Positions 27,896-35,415 of a stretch of DNA of 36,283 nt are shown in pieces. Under the pieces are notes generated by a model. It did no database searches. It was given only the letters and a program-made list of their open reading frames with translations, and was not told where the DNA came from. The translations under genes were made by a program, and so were the position numbers. This DNA comes from Bacteroidales bacterium (GTDB lineage Bacteria > Bacteroidota > Bacteroidia > Bacteroidales > PUMT01): assembly GCA_007132365.1 (NCBI GenBank), contig SLOS01000028.1:1-36283 (forward strand). The letters are read 5' to 3'. Every line of letters starts with the position of its first letter. Positions within the stretch are counted from its first letter, which is position 1.

Positions 27896-29515
27896 ATGGC
27901 CGGTAAAAAAGAAACCCCGAGACAAAAACTGATCGGAATGATGTATTTGGTGCTGCTGGCGATGCTTGCACTTAATGTATCCGTGGAAGTACTTGATGCC
28001 TTTATCGTGGTAGATGACGGACTCACAAGGACCACTGAAAATTTTGCGAGAAGCAGTGAAGCTACTTATAGTGAATTTGCACAGCGTTATGCTGAAAATC
28101 CTCAGAGGGTGGGTCCGTGGAAAGATAAAGCCGACCAGGTGAGACTGCTGGCAAATGACCTCTATGAATACATTCAGGAACTTAAACTTGAAATTATCCG
28201 GGCAACAGGAACCCGTGGCCAGGAAGCGATAGTAGATGGCAGGATCGTGGGTGATCTTATAAGAGCAAAAGAAAACACAAGCATCCCGTCAAATGTAATG
28301 CTGGAAGGCTTAAATCCAAAAGCTACAGAGCTAAGGGAAAGAATCGAAGGCTTCAGGGAAGAGCTCCTGAGTATGGTCGACCCTGATCATACCGGGGTAA
28401 TACAGTCCATCGAAACAAACCTGGATACTTCTGACCCTCCTGTAAAAGAGGGTGTTACCAAAAGCTGGGAAGAACAGCAATTCTATTATATGCCGCTTGT
28501 GGCAGCAATTACAATGCTTTCAAAGATGCAGGCAGATGTCAGGAATGCCGAGTCGGATATCACAACCTATCTTCTGGATCAGGTGGACGCCGGTTCATTT
28601 ATGTTCAATTTCCTTGAAGCCACGGTCATTCCCCGTTCCAACTATGTGTTCAGGGGAGACCAGTTCGAGGCAAGCGTTTTCATTGCAGCCTTCGATACCA
28701 CGCAGGCACCCGAGGTACTTGTCGGAAATTATGAGCGGGTAGAGTTGCCCGACGGAACCATCGACTACCAGATGACAGGCCAGCCCCAGACGCTGGAAGT
28801 TGAACAGGGCAAGGGAATATACCGCGCCAGGCCGACAAGTCTCGGTTACCATAGCTGGGGGGGACTGATACGGTTGCGCAATCCTGACGGATCGGTTATC
28901 AGCAGGCCTTTCAGAAGTGAGTACCAGGTTGCCGAACCAAACCTTGTCGTTTCTCCTACTGCAATGAACGTGTTCTATCTTGGAATTGACAACCCTGTAG
29001 AGATTTCTATTCCCGGTCTGGCGGCTGACCAGATAACTCCGACAGTCACCAATGGCACTATAAGGAGGGTTTCCGGAACCAACTACATAGTTGTACCCAA
29101 CCGGACCGGTGAAGCGCAGGTATCAGTCAGCGCCAATATTGACGGTGGCAGGAGGAATATGGGCTCAAGGAATTTCAGGGTCAGAACCGTTCCCGATCCG
29201 GTTGCAAAAGTTGCCGGTCGTACAGGCGGTAATATAGGAAGGAATTTACTTCTGGCACAAACAGGGGTGCTGGCCGATATGGAGAATTTTGATTTCGACC
29301 TCAGGTTCATTGTCCAGAGTTTTAATGTTGTTTCAGTCGGCACCGGCGGTTTTGTTACCGATGCTTCTTCAAACAACAATCTCTTTACCGATGCACAGAG
29401 GGAAATTATCAGGAATGCCAGCAGGGGCCAGAGGATCTATATTGAAGATATAGTAGCCAGAAGTACAACCGGCGATGAGAGGAGGCTTCCTACCATCAGT
29501 TTCAGAATAGACTAG
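27896..29515 (+). CDS. gldM: T9SS / gliding motor protein GldM (PorM)
   Basis: 539 aa. MAGKKETPRQKLIGMMYLVLLAMLALNVSVEVLDAF, the GldM N-terminal TM signature with Arg9. Large periplasmic region. Confidence 0.95.
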   Translation: MAGKKETPRQKLIGMMYLVLLAMLALNVSVEVLDAFIVVDDGLTRTTENFARSSEATYSEFAQRYAENPQRVGPWKDKADQVRLLANDLYEYIQELKLEIIRATGTRGQEAIVDGRIVGDLIRAKENTSIPSNVMLEGLNPKATELRERIEGFREELLSMVDPDHTGVIQSIETNLDTSDPPVKEGVTKSWEEQQFYYMPLVAAITMLSKMQADVRNAESDITTYLLDQVDAGSFMFNFLEATVIPRSNYVFRGDQFEASVFIAAFDTTQAPEVLVGNYERVELPDGTIDYQMTGQPQTLEVEQGKGIYRARPTSLGYHSWGGLIRLRNPDGSVISRPFRSEYQVAEPNLVVSPTAMNVFYLGIDNPVEISIPGLAADQITPTVTNGTIRRVSGTNYIVVPNRTGEAQVSVSANIDGGRRNMGSRNFRVRTVPDPVAKVAGRTGGNIGRNLLLAQTGVLADMENFDFDLRFIVQSFNVVSVGTGGFVTDASSNNNLFTDAQREIIRNASRGQRIYIEDIVARSTTGDERRLPTISFRID

Positions 29516-29549
29516 TTCATAATAACAGTAAACTCACATTTATATTGAG

Positions 29550-30404
29550 ATGAAGAATTTAACAGCAATACTAATGATCGCAGCAGTTTTTTGCCTTGGA
29601 GGAAAAACTGAACTGAAATCGCAGGACCTGACCACAGGGAGCATCTATCAGAAAGAGAATGTCCCCTACAGAAAGCCTGTCCCCCTGCCTCACCTTCGTG
29701 AAGCTGATGTCCCATGGTCCAAGATGTTATGGAGAATGGTTGACCTGAGGGAAAAGGCGAACCACAACCTGTATTTCCCGACTGAACCCTTCGGTCCGAG
29801 AATGAGTCTTATAGATGTGCTTTACCGGGCCGTTCAAAATGGTGAACTTGAAGTCTACAACACTGAAGAATTCAGGGTCCCTGTAGACCTCGAGGTCATT
29901 GACAGCAGGCTGGGAGGAGGAGTCAGAACCGAAACGGTAGTTGACGTTACCACCGGCGAAACCGTGGAGCGGGAGATAGTCGGCGATGTCCGCACCTTTG
30001 AGGTGCGCGAATACCTTATACTGGAGCAATGGTATTTCGACAAGCGCCATTCAAGGTTCGGTTCAAGGATAGTAGGTTTCAGCCCCATCAGGGTGTATAC
30101 TACCGATGACGAGGGTGTTGAGGAAGGTGAGATACGCAGGCAGAATGTATTCTGGGTCTATTATCCTGCTGCCAGGGAGGTACTTGCCCGTCATGAAATT
30201 TACGGACGCAGCAATGATCTTTCAAACCTCTCATTTGACGACCTCTTCCTTCAAAGACGGTTTTCAGGATACATCTATCGCGAATCAAACGTATTCAACA
30301 ACAGGGCTATCAACGAATATGCAGTGGGCCGTGACGCACTGCTTGAATCGCAAAGAATTCATAATGCAATATTCGATTTTGAACAGGATCTCTGGGAATA
30401 TTGA
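29550..30404 (+). CDS. gldN: T9SS / gliding periplasmic ring protein GldN (PorN)
   Basis: 284 aa with a signal peptide. Last gene of the gldKLMN block. Conserved-looking WSKMLWRMVDLREKANHNLYFP region. Confidence 0.9.
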   Translation: MKNLTAILMIAAVFCLGGKTELKSQDLTTGSIYQKENVPYRKPVPLPHLREADVPWSKMLWRMVDLREKANHNLYFPTEPFGPRMSLIDVLYRAVQNGELEVYNTEEFRVPVDLEVIDSRLGGGVRTETVVDVTTGETVEREIVGDVRTFEVREYLILEQWYFDKRHSRFGSRIVGFSPIRVYTTDDEGVEEGEIRRQNVFWVYYPAAREVLARHEIYGRSNDLSNLSFDDLFLQRRFSGYIYRESNVFNNRAINEYAVGRDALLESQRIHNAIFDFEQDLWEY

Positions 30405-30433
30405 CGATATGCTCATATTATAAATGCTCTTAT

Positions 30434-30462
30434 AAAAAAACCGGAACATGTCCGGTTTTTTT
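30434..30462. terminator. Bidirectional intrinsic terminator between convergent gldN and the mannose-1-P guanylyltransferase gene
   Basis: AAAAAAACCGGA-acatg-TCCGGTTTTTTT: a perfect hairpin flanked by A7 and T7, so it gives a U-tract on either strand. Confidence 0.85.
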
Positions 30463-30519
30463 ATTGTGTACCGCCAATGGCCGCTATTTCTAACGTGCAA
30501 AGCAGAAGGGAGTGATGAC

Positions 30520-31611
30520 CTACAAGTATTCCTCCCCCTTTTTTATTTTCACATCATTCAGAAAATGTTTTATCCTTTGTTCATCCTCCTTCCGGCAGAC
30601 AAGCAAAATATTCCCTGATTCAACTACTATATAACCATCCAGCCCCTGCAGGACAACTATCTTGTCGTCAGGTAAATTGATGATGGAGTTTTTCACGTCA
30701 TAGCTGAATACATTTTCCCCGGAAAGCATGTTCCCGTTCATATCCCTTTCAGAATGCTCGTAGAGTGAGCCCCAGGTACCCAGATCAGACCATCCGAAAT
30801 CGGAGATCAGTACATAAACATCTTCTGCCTTTTCCATTATACCGTAATCCACAGAGATATTCTTGCATGTGGCATAAATATCGGTAATAAACTTTCCCTC
30901 GCCGGGAGTATCATAAATGTCCATCCCTGATGCGAAAAGTGAATCAACATCGGGAAGGAAACTGGAAAATGCCTCCATTATTGAATTCAGTGACCAGATA
31001 AAAATTCCCGAGTTCCAGAAAAACTCACCGCTCTCATAAAAGATCCTGGCAAGTTCTATATCGGGTTTTTCAGTAAATGTCTTTACCTTGCGGAGATTAT
31101 CAGGTTTGCCGGAAAGTTTGCCGGTATTTGCCTGTATATAACCATAACCTGTTTCGGGCCTGTTGGGTTTTATACCAAGCGTAAGCAAAGCATTTTCCGA
31201 TTCAGCAACTTCAAGCGACTTCCTTATTACATCAAGGAAAATGTCCTGTTTAAGGATCAGGTGATCGGCCGGAGAAACAACCACAACGGCATCGGGGTTC
31301 CTCAGTTTTATCTTGTAATTGGCATAAGCTATACAGGGAGCAGTGTTTTTTCTCATTGGTTCAAGAAAAACATTTGAGGGATCCAGCCCCGGCAGCTGCT
31401 CAAAAACAAAATCGCTGTAACTTGCACTTGTCACAATGATTATGTTCTCCGGGAGGAAAATCTCACTGAACCGGTCCCACGTGGCCTGCAGCAAAGTCCG
31501 CCCGGTACCGAGTATATCGAGAAACTGCTTGGGCCTGGATATTTTGCTGAGAGGCCAGAACCGGCTGCCGATACCTCCCGCCATAATAACGCAATAATGA
31601 TTTTTATCCAT
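30520..31611 (-). CDS. manC: Mannose-1-phosphate guanylyltransferase
   Basis: 363 aa. N-terminal VIMAGGIGSRFWPLS nucleotide-binding loop, NTP-transferase fold with a C-terminal beta-helix-like domain. Confidence 0.88.
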   Translation of the reverse strand: MDKNHYCVIMAGGIGSRFWPLSKISRPKQFLDILGTGRTLLQATWDRFSEIFLPENIIIVTSASYSDFVFEQLPGLDPSNVFLEPMRKNTAPCIAYANYKIKLRNPDAVVVVSPADHLILKQDIFLDVIRKSLEVAESENALLTLGIKPNRPETGYGYIQANTGKLSGKPDNLRKVKTFTEKPDIELARIFYESGEFFWNSGIFIWSLNSIMEAFSSFLPDVDSLFASGMDIYDTPGEGKFITDIYATCKNISVDYGIMEKAEDVYVLISDFGWSDLGTWGSLYEHSERDMNGNMLSGENVFSYDVKNSIINLPDDKIVVLQGLDGYIVVESGNILLVCRKEDEQRIKHFLNDVKIKKGEEYL

Positions 31612-31757
31612 AACGTTGATCTGCTTTTTTAAATATTAAATGCAAAAGTAAGAAAACCATTTTACTTTTAGTTAAATTATTATAACCGTTATCGTGCATA
31701 TAGCAAGCACTGAAAAATATTCGCTGCTATTTGATGAAATGTACATTAAATTTTTTC

Positions 31758-31773
31758 TGCGTAAAATTACGCA
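31758..31773. promoter_or_regulatory. Inverted repeat TGCGTAA-aa-TTACGCA in the divergent manC/mlaE intergenic region (possible operator)
   Basis: 7-bp perfect arms with a 2-nt spacer, inside a 271-bp AT-rich divergent promoter region. A second small inverted repeat, TTTGAC-n5-GTCAAA, lies at 31836..31852. Confidence 0.3.
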
Positions 31774-31882
31774 CAGACGCGTTAAAAAATTACTATTTTT
31801 ACACTGGTTACAATATGAGGCATTACAGGCATCTTTTTGACAACCGGTCAAATTCAAACCCGATACTTCTGATCCCCCGATA

Positions 31883-32623
31883 ATGACCCTTCTGCATCAC
31901 ATAGGACGATATACCCTCCTGATAAAAAGGGCTTTTGCCAGGCCTGAAAAGCACAGCATCTATTATATGCGGCTGATCAGGGAGATGGAGGTCCTGGGTA
32001 TTAACTCAACCGGTATAGTAGCAATCATCTCCTTTTTTATGGGGGCGGTGATAACCATCCAGACGGCATATAACACCGAGAGCCCCCTCTTCCCCAGTTA
32101 CCTGATCGGACTCGCCGCACGCGATTCCATACTGCTCGAGTTTTCCAGCACCATAGTGGCACTCATCCTTGCCGGGAAAGTAGGGTCAAACATTGCTTCT
32201 GAAATAGGCACTATGAGGGTTACCGAGCAGATAGACGCACTTGAGATAATGGGGGTCAATTCGGCTGGTTACCTGATTCTGCCTAAGATCATTGCCTTAA
32301 TGATCCTTGCCCCCTTTCTTTCGATACTCAGCATGGTGATCGGCATCTTCGGGGGGTGGATTGCAGGCACAACAGTAGGGGTGGTCACAACACCGGACTA
32401 TGTGTACGGGATCCAGTATGCCTTTATCCCCTACTACATCACCTATTCGCTCATCAAATCGGTGGTTTTCGCATTCATTATAACCTCGGTTTCATCCTAC
32501 CACGGTTATTACACCAGGGGAGGCGCCCTTGAGGTGGGACGCTCAAGCACCATGGCCGTGGTACACAGCAGTGTCGTAATACTCCTGTTCAACCTGATAC
32601 TAACCCAACTGCTCCTCTCATGA
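31883..32623 (+). CDS. mlaE: MlaE-family ABC transporter permease
   Basis: 246 aa, polytopic. MRVTEQIDALEIMGVN motif typical of the MlaE/YrbE family. Confidence 0.88.
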   Translation: MTLLHHIGRYTLLIKRAFARPEKHSIYYMRLIREMEVLGINSTGIVAIISFFMGAVITIQTAYNTESPLFPSYLIGLAARDSILLEFSSTIVALILAGKVGSNIASEIGTMRVTEQIDALEIMGVNSAGYLILPKIIALMILAPFLSILSMVIGIFGGWIAGTTVGVVTTPDYVYGIQYAFIPYYITYSLIKSVVFAFIITSVSSYHGYYTRGGALEVGRSSTMAVVHSSVVILLFNLILTQLLLS

Positions 32624-33378
32624 TTGAAGTCCGCGACATAAACAAATCATTTGACGGCCAGCAGGTACTGCATGACATCTCGATCAATTTTGAGCATGGC
32701 AAGACAAACCTGATAATAGGAAAGAGCGGGTCGGGAAAGACCGTGCTGCTGAAGTGCATTATCGGGCTGCTTGAGGTGGACAGCGGAGATATTTTCTACA
32801 GCGGCCAGTGCTTCACCACCATGGGGCAAAAGGAGAAAAAGCAGATCAGGCAGAAATTCGGGATGCTTTTCCAGGGTGCAGCACTTTTTGATTCACTCAG
32901 CGTGGAAGAAAACGTAAGGTTCAAGCTCGATATGTTCACCGGCATGAGCAATGCCGAGAAGAAGGAGAGGGTCAATTTCTGTCTGACAAGGGTTGACCTG
33001 GAGGGGAAAAACAAACTTTACCCTTCCGAGCTCAGCGGAGGAATGAAAAAAAGGGTCGCCATAGCCCGTGCCATAGTCCTTAATCCCCGCTACCTTTTCT
33101 GCGATGAGCCCAACAGCGGTCTGGATCCGCAGACCGCAATACTGATTGACAAGCTAATAAAAGATATCACCGAAGAGTTCAACATGACAACCATAGTCAA
33201 CACCCACGATCTTAACTCGGTTATGGAAATAGGAGAAAAGGTGGTTTTCATTCACGAGGGATGGAAATGGTGGGAAGGTACCAATAAAGAGATACTGGAG
33301 ACGGAAAACAATGAACTGAATGATTTTGTTTTTGCCACCAGGCTGGTGAAGCAGTTAAAGAATATTGATGAAATCTGA
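32620..33378 (+). CDS. mlaF: MlaF-like ABC transporter ATP-binding protein
   Basis: 252 aa. Walker A GKSGSGKT, signature LSGGMKKR, Walker B LFCDEP. ATGA overlap with mlaE. The last codons and the stop lie in the first unit of the 10-bp repeat. Confidence 0.9.
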   Translation: MIEVRDINKSFDGQQVLHDISINFEHGKTNLIIGKSGSGKTVLLKCIIGLLEVDSGDIFYSGQCFTTMGQKEKKQIRQKFGMLFQGAALFDSLSVEENVRFKLDMFTGMSNAEKKERVNFCLTRVDLEGKNKLYPSELSGGMKKRVAIARAIVLNPRYLFCDEPNSGLDPQTAILIDKLIKDITEEFNMTTIVNTHDLNSVMEIGEKVVFIHEGWKWWEGTNKEILETENNELNDFVFATRLVKQLKNIDEI

Positions 33379-33433
33379 TGAAATCTGATGAAATCTGATG
33401 AAATCTGATGAAATCTGATGAAATCTGATGAAA
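33367..33433. repeat. Perfect 10-bp tandem repeat (GATGAAATCT) x6 plus a degenerate seventh copy
   Basis: Units start at 33367, 33377, 33387, 33397, 33407 and 33417, followed by GATGAAAaatc. The mlaF-like TGA (33376..33378) spans the unit 1/2 junction. The array ends 20 nt before the next ATG (33454). Confidence 0.98.
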
Positions 33434-33453
33434 AATCCCAATAATTGAAACGA

Positions 33454-34038
33454 ATGCAACGCCCGGCAATATTTATCATCACCGGAGAGCAGGGTGAAGG
33501 GAAAAGCAGCTTTGCCGCAGCCCTGGCAGACATCCTTCTGGAAAACCAGTTAAAGGTTAAAGGCATCATTGCAGAGGGTTACTGGGAGGGCCCCGTAAGG
33601 ACGGGCTTTGATCTTACCGATCCTGATACCGGCATCAGGATACCCCTTGCCGAAAAAGCAGACACCGGCAGTCCGGTTGTCCCTTCTGATTCAGTAAAAG
33701 ACAACGGACCGGGAGGTTTTGTTTTCCATAAGTCCGCCCTGAGAAAAGGCAATTCCATTATAAGACAGGCAATAACCCGGAAGTATGATATTATAATCAT
33801 TGATGAGATTGGAGCCAGTGAACTCAGGGGAGAGATCTGGTCGGAGCCTCTCGAAATGCTTCTCAGGTCCCACCGTGGTATCCTGTTGCTCGCAGTGAGA
33901 AAGAAGTTTCTCGAAACCGTTACCGGTCACTGGCAGATAGATCCGGCAGGGATCTTCGACATCTCATCGGTAAGGGCAGAAGAAGCGGCAGAAATAATCC
34001 TTGGTTACATATCATCACTTCCCCCGGATGCAAGGTGA
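33454..34038 (+). CDS. Small P-loop NTPase (THEP1 / DUF2478-like), function unknown
   Basis: Preferred start is the ATG at 33454, since the track start 33445 is a TTG. Walker A IITGEQGEGKS, Walker B DIIIIDEIG, and the size and layout of the stand-alone NTPase_1/DUF2478 families. Confidence 0.7.
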   Translation: MQRPAIFIITGEQGEGKSSFAAALADILLENQLKVKGIIAEGYWEGPVRTGFDLTDPDTGIRIPLAEKADTGSPVVPSDSVKDNGPGGFVFHKSALRKGNSIIRQAITRKYDIIIIDEIGASELRGEIWSEPLEMLLRSHRGILLLAVRKKFLETVTGHWQIDPAGIFDISSVRAEEAAEIILGYISSLPPDAR

Positions 34039-35299
34039 TGTTACCAGCTCCGGCACCGGAAGCAACGGCATTGATAATATCTGGCTTAAGGCGGCAGTGA
34101 GTGGCGGACTGTGGGCTGCCGTCGAGATCATACTTGGCAGTTTTCTTCACAACCTGCGGGTCCCCATGGCCGGATCGATCCTTGCCTCCTTCGGGATCAT
34201 CCTGATGATAGCATTTTTCCAGATCTGGCCGGAGCGGGGACTGATTTGGAGGGCAGGGCTTATATGCGCACTCATGAAGTCGATCTCGCCAAGTGCAGTT
34301 ATTCTCGGGCCGATGACGGGCATTATGATGGAGGCGCTGCTGCTGGAAGCAGGCATAGTGCTGCTGGGCAGGAACCTTGCCGGATACCTCGCGGGTGGGG
34401 CCCTGGCCCTCTTCAGCGCCCTTTTGCACAAGCTGATGAGCCTTTTGCTGCTCTACGGTTTTAACATTATTACCATTTACCTGAATCTCTTCTATTTTGC
34501 CTCACGGCAGATAAACATACCGGAGGCAGATCCCTGGCTGCTTATCTCGATACTTGGGGGACTCTATCTTTTAATCGGGGCACTGGCAGCTCTTGCAGGA
34601 TACATAGTGGGACAAAGGGCCCTGAAGGAGCCGGGGACGGCAGGGATGTCGCAGCGAAACCCTGAAACCGGCATCATGTCGCAGCGAAACCCTGAAACCC
34701 GCTCGAGACTGCTCCCCAAAAAGCCGGTCAGCGACATCTTTGAGCCCGTCACAGGCAGTTTTTCGCTGCCTCTGTTCATCCTCCATATTACTGCAATACC
34801 GGGGGGACTGGTACTGATGAATTTTTCAGGACGTTTAGTGGCATATCCGGTGCTGATAATTTACACCTTGTTTTGCCTTGTATATTATAAAAACACCATC
34901 AGAAGATTCAAAAAGCCCCTTTTCTGGTTCCAGCTGCTTGTAATCATACTGCTGGCAACCATATTCCTTGAAAGTTTTGAAAAAGGAACCCCTGTTATTA
35001 ACTGGAGCGGCATACTGGCCGGCGTGGACATGAACATAAGGGCTATTCTTGTTGTAGCGGGGTTTTCTGCTCTCAGCACTGAACTGAAAAACCCTTTAAT
35101 TACAAATTTCCTGCTTAAAAGGGGCTTCAGGCAGCTTTATCTTGCCATCTCTCTGGCATTCCGGGCACTTCCGTCAATGATGGAGGAGATATCCAAACCA
35201 AAACGATTCTTTTCAGGACCGTTTTCCTCAATCCGGGAGATGGTTGCCAATGCCACGGACTGGCTTGAGGCTCTCAAAAAAAACAATGACTCAGCCTGA
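34028..35299 (+). CDS. Polytopic membrane protein (about 10 TM), uncharacterised
   Basis: The ATG at 34028 overlaps the NTPase stop by 11 nt, and the track start 34001 is a TTG. About 6 TM helices, a hydrophilic linker carrying a 10-aa duplication, then about 4-5 TM helices. The C-terminal half (IRAILVVAGFSALSTELKNPL...LAISLAFRALPSMMEEISKPKRFF) is reminiscent of EcfT/CbiQ. Confidence 0.7.
   Translation: MQGDVTSSGTGSNGIDNIWLKAAVSGGLWAAVEIILGSFLHNLRVPMAGSILASFGIILMIAFFQIWPERGLIWRAGLICALMKSISPSAVILGPMTGIMMEALLLEAGIVLLGRNLAGYLAGGALALFSALLHKLMSLLLLYGFNIITIYLNLFYFASRQINIPEADPWLLISILGGLYLLIGALAALAGYIVGQRALKEPGTAGMSQRNPETGIMSQRNPETRSRLLPKKPVSDIFEPVTGSFSLPLFILHITAIPGGLVLMNFSGRLVAYPVLIIYTLFCLVYYKNTIRRFKKPLFWFQLLVIILLATIFLESFEKGTPVINWSGILAGVDMNIRAILVVAGFSALSTELKNPLITNFLLKRGFRQLYLAISLAFRALPSMMEEISKPKRFFSGPFSSIREMVANATDWLEALKKNNDSA
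34646..34699 (+). repeat. In-frame 30-bp-period tandem duplication inside the membrane-protein gene
   Basis: ATGTCGCAGCGAAACCCTGAAACC occurs at 34646..34669 and again, perfectly, at 34676..34699. It encodes (G)MSQRNPET(G)IMSQRNPET in the inter-domain linker. Confidence 0.95.
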
Positions 35300-35415
35300 G
35301 AGATGACAGACAATAACATGCAGATGGTCTGACCCAAATGCGATTTACCATACAGTAACCGATCCATAAATTTTTATCATATTTGTGTTAAATTAACCAA
35401 CCATACTTTAAACGA

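Noticed and set aside
31672-31857. 61-aa Cys-containing ORF upstream of manC on the minus strand
   Set aside because: It has a TTG start, lies in an AT-rich intergenic region and is low-complexity with no motif. It cannot be supported without conservation or expression data.
33367-33433. Possible CRISPR array or plasmid iterons
   Set aside because: The units are contiguous with no spacers and are only 10 bp long. No cas or rep genes are in the window.
33248-33569. Minus-strand ORFs (73 and 105 aa) translating the 10-bp array as HQISSDFIRF repeats
   Set aside because: They are open only because the reverse complement of the repeat has no stop codons. They overlap the mlaF-like 3' end and the NTPase 5' end, so they are an artefact of the repeat.
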